This document shows positions 45,726 to 53,112 of a stretch of 53,112 nucleotides of DNA, one piece after another. This stretch comes from a virus. Lineage: Duplodnaviria; Caudoviricetes. The stretch's first letter is position 1, and each line of letters begins with the position of its first letter. The translations under genes and the position numbers were made by a program. The DNA lies in IMG/VR virus record IMGVR_UViG_3300032312_001042, positions 1 through 53,112 of that record; one strand, 5' to 3'. The notes below the pieces were generated by a model, which saw only the letters and a program-made list of their open reading frames with translations, was not told the DNA's origin and made no database searches.

Positions 45726-46716
45726 ACTTAATGTAAATATAGAGTCAGTGCTTAAAAAACTTGACATGGATTATGAAAAGTTTTCTGACAACATTTACTC
45801 TAATTGTCCAGCCCATGAAGAAAGTGACAATCCTAGAGGATTCTCATTTTCTACAAAGAAATGTATATGGAAGTGCTGGACTAGAGATTGTCAAAATGAT
45901 TTTAGTAATGATGTGTTTGGATTAATAAGGGGCGCATTATCTAAAAAATATGGTTACAATGTTGATTTCAAAGAAATGCTGAAGTGGGTTAACGCAAACG
46001 TAAAGCAGCTAGACAATAAAAAGATTAAGCAACCCAAAAAGGAAAACGTAGAAGAGAGCGAATTCTTTGACATAGTAAGAATATTTAGCCCCAAAGCATC
46101 ACAATCAAACGAAAGTGTCGTAGATTATGAATATACAAAACCTTCAAAGTATTTTATAAGCAGAGGATTTTTGCCAAGCACTTTAGAGTACTTTGGAGTA
46201 AGTGACCGCTGTAACCATGAAGCTTTAAAAGATAGGGCTATAATACCCATACATAATAGCGATGGATCAAGCGTGGTTGGCTTATTAGGAAGGTCTATTA
46301 AAGAATATAAAGACCCAAAGTTTTTATTTTATCCAAGCGGATTTAACAAAAATCAGTATGTCTATAACTACCACAGGGCATATAATGAGATATGCAAGAC
46401 TAGAACTGTCATAATAACAGAGGGGCAAAGTGATATCTGGAGACTTTATGAAGCCGGTATTGAAAATGTTATTGGGATTTTTGGCAAGTCTATTATAGAA
46501 AATCACGAAGAAATTTTACATAAGCTACCAATTATAAATATAGTCGTAGCTACCGATAACGATCAAGCTGGTAATGAGTGTAAAATAGAAATTTTTCGCA
46601 AACTTAATCGTAGTTATAATCTTGTTTTTCCAAAGATATCAGACAAAGATATTGGAGAGATGAGTGTAGAGTTGATAAAAAGGGATTTCATTCCACAAAT
46701 TAAGGGTTTAATATGA
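45700..46716 (+). CDS. dnaG: DnaG-type primase (Zn finger + TOPRIM)
   Basis: CPAH..WKCWTRDC, YFISRG, IIPI, GR, TEGQSD, DNDQAG, KDIGE. Confidence 0.9.
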   Translation: MNLQNLKSELNVNIESVLKKLDMDYEKFSDNIYSNCPAHEESDNPRGFSFSTKKCIWKCWTRDCQNDFSNDVFGLIRGALSKKYGYNVDFKEMLKWVNANVKQLDNKKIKQPKKENVEESEFFDIVRIFSPKASQSNESVVDYEYTKPSKYFISRGFLPSTLEYFGVSDRCNHEALKDRAIIPIHNSDGSSVVGLLGRSIKEYKDPKFLFYPSGFNKNQYVYNYHRAYNEICKTRTVIITEGQSDIWRLYEAGIENVIGIFGKSIIENHEEILHKLPIINIVVATDNDQAGNECKIEIFRKLNRSYNLVFPKISDKDIGEMSVELIKRDFIPQIKGLI

Positions 46717-47453
46717 AGATTATAGGAATATCTGGAAGAAAACAATCTGGAAAAAATACAGCTGCCAATTATATCAATGGCGTAATCTTGAAGCAAAGAA
46801 ACATGATAGAAGACTTCAAGATAAATGACGATGGCGCTTTAGAGATATATACTACTAATAGCAACGATCAAAAGGGGTGGGGAATATTTGATGTTTGTAG
46901 AAAAGATAAAGAGTTTGTTCAATACGCAGATCATGAACTCTGGCCTTACATAAAAGTATACCATTTTGCAGACGCCCTAAAGGATATGTCTTCTTCTTTA
47001 TTTGGATTGAAGACCGAAAATCTTTATGGCACAGATAAACAAAAAAATTCTAAGACACAAATACGATGGAGCGACTTGCCAACTGAAGAGAATAGAGACG
47101 GATATATTACATACAGAGAATTTTTAGAATATTTTGGCACCAAGATTATTCGTAAAATCAAGAACGACGCTTGGGTTAACACCACCATTGTAAAAGTATT
47201 TAATGAGAATTCTGACTTAGCTATTATTCCAGATGTTAGATTCCCTAATGAAGTTCAGGCTATTAAAGACAACGGCGGCGTTGTAATAAGGCTAACAAGA
47301 AATATATGCAAGTCAACAGTAGAGTGCGAGAGTGCTTTAGATAAAGATAAGTTCGATTGGTCAATGTTTGATCATGTGATAGACAATGAAAATTTCTCTA
47401 TAACAGATACTTGTAGAGAGCTAGACAAAATTAACCATATTTGGAAATCATAA
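46713..47453 (+). CDS. Deoxynucleoside monophosphate kinase
   Basis: GISGRKQSGKNT, FADALK, REFLEYFGT, DVRFPNE. Confidence 0.88.
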   Translation: MKIIGISGRKQSGKNTAANYINGVILKQRNMIEDFKINDDGALEIYTTNSNDQKGWGIFDVCRKDKEFVQYADHELWPYIKVYHFADALKDMSSSLFGLKTENLYGTDKQKNSKTQIRWSDLPTEENRDGYITYREFLEYFGTKIIRKIKNDAWVNTTIVKVFNENSDLAIIPDVRFPNEVQAIKDNGGVVIRLTRNICKSTVECESALDKDKFDWSMFDHVIDNENFSITDTCRELDKINHIWKS

Positions 47454-48478
47454 TGCTTGTAACATACATAAGATCATCTAGCTATAATAATTACGATTAT
47501 TGCCAAATGCAATACTTTATAACCTATGTGCTTGGTCATCAAGCTATAAGTGGTAAAAAGGCAGACATTGGCACCATTGTTCATAAAACATTAGAGTTAT
47601 TAGCATCGCTGAAAAAAACACATCAAGACAGTAATAATAAGACAAAAAAATTACTATTCAATGATGACGCAGTAGGTAAGCTTTCTATAGATAAGAAACA
47701 TTTATTCTCGGATGATATAATTCCAGAGTTGCTAGATAAAAGTTTTACTTATTATTCAGAAAGTTCTCATCACGACTTCACAAAACTTGATAAAGAAACG
47801 TGTGAAACATTAGTGTGGTCTGCCCTTAAATTTAATAATGGTCAATTTGATCCTAGAAATAGAGATATTGTGGCAGCAGAGCCACATTTTGATATACCCA
47901 TTGAGGAAGATTGGGCTAAATATACATACAAATTAGCAGATGGTCAAGTAATAAATGGGCAATTAGCGATAAAAGGTACTATAGATTTAGTAACAAAGGT
48001 TGACGAAAAGGTTATCGAAGTTGTAGATTATAAAACTGGAAGAAGATTAGATTGGGCTACTGGAGCAGAAAAAGATTATGATAAATTATGTTCAGATCCA
48101 CAGCTATTGTTATATAATTATGCGATTTCTAAGCTATTTCCTGAGTACGAACAGGCTATTATGTCTATATTTTTCATTAAAGACGGTGGACCTTTTTCCA
48201 TGTGCTTTGATAAATCAGACCGTGACAAATTTCTTGATATGTTAAGAGTAAGATTCAAAGATATTCAAGAAAATAATAAGCCTAGGCCAATATCGGAAGA
48301 TAGAAGTAATTGGAAATGCACTAAACTGTGCCACTTTTGCAAGAATAAGTGGAAAGATACGGAAGAAAGTATGTGTATTTATATAGATAACCACCTTAAA
48401 AAGCATGGCATGGAAAAAACTATTGCCAATTGCACAAGGGAAAACTTTAACATAGGCTTTTACGAAGCGCCGGGATAA
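47453..48478 (+). CDS. PD-(D/E)XK (RecB/Cas4-like) nuclease with putative Fe-S Cys
   Basis: C..QY, GTIVH, GTIDLV, VDYKTG, QLLLY, CTKLCHFC. Confidence 0.88.
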   Translation: MLVTYIRSSSYNNYDYCQMQYFITYVLGHQAISGKKADIGTIVHKTLELLASLKKTHQDSNNKTKKLLFNDDAVGKLSIDKKHLFSDDIIPELLDKSFTYYSESSHHDFTKLDKETCETLVWSALKFNNGQFDPRNRDIVAAEPHFDIPIEEDWAKYTYKLADGQVINGQLAIKGTIDLVTKVDEKVIEVVDYKTGRRLDWATGAEKDYDKLCSDPQLLLYNYAISKLFPEYEQAIMSIFFIKDGGPFSMCFDKSDRDKFLDMLRVRFKDIQENNKPRPISEDRSNWKCTKLCHFCKNKWKDTEESMCIYIDNHLKKHGMEKTIANCTRENFNIGFYEAPG

Positions 48479-48488
48479 GGAGAAAACA

Positions 48489-49454
48489 ATGCCAATACCA
48501 GAAAAAAAAGAAAATGAAGAAAAAAACGCTTTTATGTCACGCTGTATGTCTGACAGCGTAATGAATAAGGAGTATCCAAATTCAGATCAAAGGATTGCAA
48601 TCTGTATGTCAAAGGCTACAGAGTTTTGTGACAAAATAGAAGCTGCTGACTTTGAATTTAATGTTAATACATATGGATATGAAGAAGAAATTACAGAAGA
48701 TAACTTCGAAGTACCAGCAGAGGCAGACTATGTAGATTTTGGCGAAGAGACAGAAGAGTATGATATTTCTGTAGCAAAGCCTGGACTTTGGGAAAATATA
48801 CGCAAAAAGAAAGAGCGTGAAGGTAAAAACTATAGGCCCGCAAAGCCGGGAGATAAAGATAGGCCAAGTAAAGACGCTTGGAAGAAAGCTCAGTCTGGCG
48901 ATGACACGATGGCTGTAGAACAAATTCAGAAGATGCACGATCAATTAATGGAAGTAGTCATGAAAGTTAAAAACTCAACTATGGAAATTGAATTTGAGGA
49001 ATGGACAAAGGACATGATTTCTAAAGCAGAAATATATGTTCAAAACGTTTATGACTTTGTAAAATATTACGAGCCGGGAAAATATGAAGACGAGTATACC
49101 TCAGAAGCCAAATATCAATATAGAGATCCAGACAGTGGAGAAATTTATACGTATAGAAAAAAGGGTTATTATGAAAAAGATGGCAATACTTTAATATACG
49201 TTGGAGAGGCAAGTGAATATCAAGGAAGAAAAGTCACTCTTAATAAACCATTTAGGACTCCAAAAGGCCCAAAGAAAATGAGCGTATACGTTAAGAATGA
49301 CAAGGGTAATGTAGTTAAAGTAAATTTTGGTGATCCTAACATGACTATAAAGAAAAATATTCCCGAACGTAGAAAAAGTTTTAGGGCCAGACATAACTGC
49401 GATAATCCAGGCCCAAAGTGGAAGGCGAGATATTGGTCATGTAGGGCGTGGTAG
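48489..49454 (+). CDS. Modular putative internal-head polyprotein
   Basis: Alternating acidic and basic small modules; C-terminal FGDP..RRKSFRARHNC..YWSC; AAGGAG RBS; GTGTATTTATA at 48373. Confidence 0.6.
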   Translation: MPIPEKKENEEKNAFMSRCMSDSVMNKEYPNSDQRIAICMSKATEFCDKIEAADFEFNVNTYGYEEEITEDNFEVPAEADYVDFGEETEEYDISVAKPGLWENIRKKKEREGKNYRPAKPGDKDRPSKDAWKKAQSGDDTMAVEQIQKMHDQLMEVVMKVKNSTMEIEFEEWTKDMISKAEIYVQNVYDFVKYYEPGKYEDEYTSEAKYQYRDPDSGEIYTYRKKGYYEKDGNTLIYVGEASEYQGRKVTLNKPFRTPKGPKKMSVYVKNDKGNVVKVNFGDPNMTIKKNIPERRKSFRARHNCDNPGPKWKARYWSCRAW

Positions 49455-49505
49455 AGCAATTTACTTGCCCGTGTGCTATAATAGTTTGAGTCGAAAGGAT
49501 CGTTA

Positions 49506-49946
49506 ATGGAAAATAATCTTTTAATTCTCGTCTTGTTAGTTATACTACTAGAAAGTAGTATTGTTGTTTTATCTTATTATTCTATGAAGTGGAGGCGTCA
49601 ATCAGAGTTACGCCCCCTCTTCATCAGTTACAAATTCATTAAAAAGGAGATAGATATGGGTTTAGTATATGCACTAAATTGTGCTGCACCAGTAGATAAC
49701 GATGTTATGGAACGTAGATTAACAGTAAAAGTAAATGGGGCTGTCGTAGCCACAGACTTTTATGCCAATACTGTAACAGATCTAGGTGAAAGAACATTTA
49801 CTCAGGGTGATAATGTTGTATTATCCCTCGTAGATGTAGACGATGTTGGAAACGTAAGTGAGCCAGCCGTTGTGGAGTTTGTTGCAAATGATACAATTGC
49901 TCCATCAGTTCCGGGACTAGAAGTTAAATTAGTTCGTGAAGAATAA
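49506..49946 (+). CDS. Membrane-anchored Ig/FN3-like protein with second internal start at 49656
   Basis: TM aa 5-26; internal AAGGAG-ATG; VDDVGNVSEP...DTIAP. Confidence 0.6.
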   Translation: MENNLLILVLLVILLESSIVVLSYYSMKWRRQSELRPLFISYKFIKKEIDMGLVYALNCAAPVDNDVMERRLTVKVNGAVVATDFYANTVTDLGERTFTQGDNVVLSLVDVDDVGNVSEPAVVEFVANDTIAPSVPGLEVKLVREE

Positions 49947-49959
49947 TTTTGTTTTTCTA

Positions 49960-49984
49960 GGGGGGTGAAATATCCCCCCATTTT
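49960..49984 (+). terminator. Rho-independent terminator
   Basis: GGGGGG-tgaaatat-CCCCCC-ATTTT. Confidence 0.75.
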
Positions 49985-49997
49985 ATATTGAGGTTAT

Positions 49998-51578
49998 ATG
50001 TTGAATTGGTTTCCGTTAAATAACTACACTCACTACAGTTTGCTAAAAGGTTTTTCAAAACCAAAAGAATTAGCAAAGCTGTGTAAAGAAAAGGGCTATC
50101 CAGCTTGTGGTATTACTGACTACAAGACTATATCTGGATGTGTATCTTTTTATAGGGCTTGCAAAGACGTTGGCGTAAAACCAATACTGGGATGTTCTTT
50201 TGATGGATATAATTTATACGCAAAGAACAAAGATGGTTGGCATAATCTTATTGAAATTATTTCATCGATAGACGAGAATGGTAATATAGACAATAAATTT
50301 GTTAAAACTATACTAAAGCAAGGTAATCTTATTTATCTTGAGCATAGTGTAGATATACCTACAAGTTTTTATTGCTACAAAGATCAAGCTAATCTACACA
50401 GGATTTTGCTTTGCTCAGAATTAAAAACAACGCTTCCAAATATTGCAAAACAAATACGTAAAAATGAACTTGATAATAATATATCTCAGTTTTTTACCAA
50501 TGAAGATCATTACGTATTGGCTGGAAAACCATCAAAGGTGCTTGAAGATATTTACAACCAGTGTGAAGACTATGATATATTGAATAAGCCAATCCTACCA
50601 AAATTTAAATGTCCAAATAATTTATCAGAAGAAGATTACTTAAAAGAGTTGTGCAGAAAGGGTTGGAAGTCATTACTAATCGACAAAGGCAAAGTGTCTG
50701 ATGAAGTAAACAAGCAAAAGTATTTAGATAGATTCAAAGAAGAGTTTGACGTAATTAAAAACGCAAATCTTTTTGGATATTTCTTAATTGTGCAAGATAT
50801 AATAAAACATGTTCATGATAGTAATTGGTTGTCTGGACCGGGAAGAGGATCGGCGGCTGGTTGTTTAATATCATATTTAATAGGCATTACTCAAATAGAT
50901 CCCATTGAATTTGATCTTCTGTTTGCAAGATTTTATAACGCTGGTAGAAATACAGATGACCATATTTCTCTACCAGATATAGATATAGATGTTCCAGCTA
51001 ATCATAGAGATGATGTTATTAAATATCTTAAAGACAAATACGGTAACGATAGGGTTAGTCAAATGATTACATTTGGTAGACTTCAAGGAAGGAGTGCTAT
51101 CAAAGAAGTATTGAGAGTAAATGAAGCTTGCTCTTTTGCAGAAATGAATGCTATAACAAAAGTTATACCAAATGAAGCAGAGATATCAGATCAGTTAGCA
51201 GAAATGGATGACGATGATAGATCTATTATTAGATGGGCATTAATAAATAATGCGGATGATCTTCAAGATTTTTGTAGAATAAACGAAGATGGATCATTAG
51301 ATGGAGACTATGCTGAATACTTTGAGCAGGCTATTAAGTTAGAGGGTACTTTTAAAACTCAGGGAAAACATGCTGCTGGTGTTGTTATATCTAAAGAACC
51401 ATTATACAAAGTATGCCCAATGGTTAAGCAGAAAGGCTCATCAGAAAAAATTGCAGGATTAGAAATGGTAGACCTAGAAGCTCTAGGGCATGTAAAGTTT
51501 GATGTATTAGGTTTAACTTTACTTGATAAGATAATGTATGTAGAATATATCACAAAAAAGGAAAATATACATGGCTAA
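49998..51578 (+). CDS. dnaE: DNA polymerase III alpha, N-terminal half (degenerate PHP + palm/thumb)
   Basis: YSLLKG, GITD, GPGRGSAAG, LLFARF, PDIDID, GKHAAG, KFDVLGL, then stop. Confidence 0.93.
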   Translation: MLNWFPLNNYTHYSLLKGFSKPKELAKLCKEKGYPACGITDYKTISGCVSFYRACKDVGVKPILGCSFDGYNLYAKNKDGWHNLIEIISSIDENGNIDNKFVKTILKQGNLIYLEHSVDIPTSFYCYKDQANLHRILLCSELKTTLPNIAKQIRKNELDNNISQFFTNEDHYVLAGKPSKVLEDIYNQCEDYDILNKPILPKFKCPNNLSEEDYLKELCRKGWKSLLIDKGKVSDEVNKQKYLDRFKEEFDVIKNANLFGYFLIVQDIIKHVHDSNWLSGPGRGSAAGCLISYLIGITQIDPIEFDLLFARFYNAGRNTDDHISLPDIDIDVPANHRDDVIKYLKDKYGNDRVSQMITFGRLQGRSAIKEVLRVNEACSFAEMNAITKVIPNEAEISDQLAEMDDDDRSIIRWALINNADDLQDFCRINEDGSLDGDYAEYFEQAIKLEGTFKTQGKHAAGVVISKEPLYKVCPMVKQKGSSEKIAGLEMVDLEALGHVKFDVLGLTLLDKIMYVEYITKKENIHG

Positions 51579-52251
51579 TAGAGACTACATAATTTTTGAC
51601 TTTGAAACGGGATCTCGTAATCCCCATAAAACTCAACCTACGCAAATTGCCGCAATAGCATTAGATGGTAGAGATTTATCTGTAAAGGGTACATTTAATA
51701 GTGAGATTAAACCATTATTAAATGACGAAGAGGCTATTGCTGCTGGGCTAGATCCAATTGAAGATGGAGCTTTAAAAGTAACTGGCAAGACTAGAGAAAA
51801 GTTAGAAGAGGCACCAGCGTTAAAGTCAGTGTGGAGTAAGTTCACTAAATTTGTTGATCAATACAATTGGAAGGGTGAGCCATTTTTTAATCCTATACCA
51901 GTTGGATATAATATCATAGGATTTGACTTAATTATTGTAAACAGATTATGCCAAGAGTTTGGCCCTTGGGATAAAACAAAAGATCAACCCAAATTATTTA
52001 GTAAAGTTTATAAAGTAGATTTAATGGATAATGTTTTTATGTGGACTGAAGCAGATCCTAGTGTCAAATCTATTAGTATGGATTCTTTAAGAGAAAAGAT
52101 GGGATTAAGTTTAGAGAATGCTCACGATGCTTTACAAGACGTAAAGGATACTGCCAATATATTTATTAAGCTTTTGAAAACACATAGAGCGGTATATCAA
52201 AACATAGAATTTGATAAAGCTTTTGCTAACGGTAACTTGTATGTTAAGTAA
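51571..52251 (+). CDS. DEDDh 3'-5' exonuclease (epsilon-like)
   Basis: DFETG, GYN..FD, HDALQD. Confidence 0.9.
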   Translation: MANRDYIIFDFETGSRNPHKTQPTQIAAIALDGRDLSVKGTFNSEIKPLLNDEEAIAAGLDPIEDGALKVTGKTREKLEEAPALKSVWSKFTKFVDQYNWKGEPFFNPIPVGYNIIGFDLIIVNRLCQEFGPWDKTKDQPKLFSKVYKVDLMDNVFMWTEADPSVKSISMDSLREKMGLSLENAHDALQDVKDTANIFIKLLKTHRAVYQNIEFDKAFANGNLYVK

Positions 52252-52585
52252 GACATGTATTTACTGTAAGAAAAAAAAGGATATAAATCAATTTCCTAAA
52301 CATAGCATGTACAAGGATAAGCTTGACATGAGATGTAGAAGCTGTATAAAAGAACACGCATCCATAAGAAGGGATCTACATAAAAAGGCACCAAGTAAAC
52401 CAAAATTATGCGAATGCTGCAAAAAGATTCCAATCAAGTGGTGTTTAGATCATGATCACGAAACTAATGAATTTAGAGGATGGTTATGCGAACGTTGTAA
52501 TACGGGGCTTGGCAAACTAGGTGATAATATAGAAGGCATAGTAAACGCATTGAATTATTTGTTGAGTAAAAATAATGGAATATAA
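52241..52585 (+). CDS. Endonuclease VII-family (His-Me) nuclease, probable homing endonuclease
   Basis: CIYC..CRSC; CECC; LDHDH...RGWLCERCNTGLG. Confidence 0.88.
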   Translation: MLSKTCIYCKKKKDINQFPKHSMYKDKLDMRCRSCIKEHASIRRDLHKKAPSKPKLCECCKKIPIKWCLDHDHETNEFRGWLCERCNTGLGKLGDNIEGIVNALNYLLSKNNGI

Positions 52586-53112
52586 TGATAAAAAAACGTG
52601 GCAGCTTTTTGCTGAAGGAAGAACTAAGGGTATTTTTCAGCTAGAAAGTAATCTAGGTAAATCTTGGTCTAAGAAATTGGCACCAAGCAACCTAGAAGAA
52701 CTTTCTGCATTAATAGCTATTATAAGACCAGGAACTCTTAAATCTATGTTAGATGGAAAGTCTATGACTCAACACTATGTAGATAGAAAACATGGCAGGG
52801 AAGAAGTTACTTATTTACACTCAGCACTTGAAGATATACTTAAACCAACTTATGGAGTTTTAGTTTATCAAGAACAGTCTATGCGTATTGCTGAAAAAAT
52901 AGCCGGTTTCAATCTACAAGAAGCTGACGTTCTTCGTAAGGCGATTGGAAAAAAGAAGGCTGACCTTATGAATGAAGTCAAAAAATCATTTATAGCGGGC
53001 GCAGAGCGCGTTGGAATCGTTTCTAAGGAAGAGGCAGAGCAGATTTTCGGATGGATTGAAAAGTCATCAAGGTACGCATTCAATAAATCACATAGTGTAT
53101 CATACGCCGCCT
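52575..53112 (+). CDS. dnaE: DNA polymerase III alpha, C-terminal half (fingers onward), runs off window; not in ORF track
   Basis: MEYNDKKTW..GIFQLES, IIRPG, TYGVLVYQEQ, ADVLRKAIGKKK, YAFNKSHSVSY. Confidence 0.93.
   Translation, partial: MEYNDKKTWQLFAEGRTKGIFQLESNLGKSWSKKLAPSNLEELSALIAIIRPGTLKSMLDGKSMTQHYVDRKHGREEVTYLHSALEDILKPTYGVLVYQEQSMRIAEKIAGFNLQEADVLRKAIGKKKADLMNEVKKSFIAGAERVGIVSKEEAEQIFGWIEKSSRYAFNKSHSVSYAA

Noticed and set aside
3067-52240. Longest-ORF starts at 3067, 4714, 8710, 9092, 9844, 17939, 18735, 20123, 22553, 24049, 30171, 52211
   Set aside because: Downstream ATGs have clear SD sequences or stop/start coupling; the upstream starts fall in promoters or other genes.
51560-52600. 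Intron or split intein rejoining dnaE
   Set aside because: The gap is fully occupied by overlapping ORFs; no intein N-terminal Cys block or C-terminal HN motif.
214-53083. All minus-strand ORFs in the track
   Set aside because: They are shadows of well-supported + strand genes or tRNAs, with no recognisable motifs or RBS.
1-53112. CRISPR array / Cas system (prompted by the Cas4-like nuclease at 47453)
   Set aside because: No repeat-spacer array seen; the nuclease sits in the replication block, as is common in phages.
1-53112. Stop-codon reassignment
   Set aside because: Conserved genes are full length in code 11, TAG and TGA end genes at expected places, and no suppressor tRNA is seen.

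Overview
This is a 53-kb segment of a large, AT-rich (roughly 30-33% GC by eye) tailed-phage genome. Every credible gene lies on the + strand, densely packed and often start/stop-overlapped. Layout: (i) 1-12.7 kb holds small early/accessory genes, 8 tRNAs (Glu, Thr, Gln, Asn, Ser, Gly, Leu, Arg), a tmRNA, two HNH genes, an AEP/RepB-type primase, an LpxH-like phosphoesterase, exported thioredoxin and trypsin-like protease, and thyX. (ii) 12.8-22.5 kb holds rIIA/rIIB, GMP reductase, two deaminases, SSB, an NDT-like enzyme, a GT-B glycosyltransferase and a small sigma factor. (iii) 22.5-35.6 kb is a putative late block: a TM-PAS / holin-like / papain-peptidase triad, tail-fibre-type proteins, two paralogous Ser-Gly-rich beta-proteins bracketing a sulfotransferase-radical SAM-glycosyltransferase-sulfotransferase cassette, and a membrane-protein cluster. 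(iv) 35.6-53.1 kb holds nrdA, nrdB, dut, phoH, recA, dnaB, primase, dNMP kinase, a PD-(D/E)XK nuclease, a modular putative head polyprotein, and a Pol III alpha (dnaE) split without an intein into two genes around a DEDDh exonuclease and an EndoVII-type nuclease. A Planctomycetota host is an inference from the style of the small exported proteins and is not proven. Top candidates for new biology are the virion sulfoglycosylation cassette, the PAS-linked papain lysis triad, the intein-free split dnaE, stop codons embedded in tRNA/tmRNA 5' ends, and two distinct promoter motifs. All family assignments are from motif recognition by eye; no searches were run.
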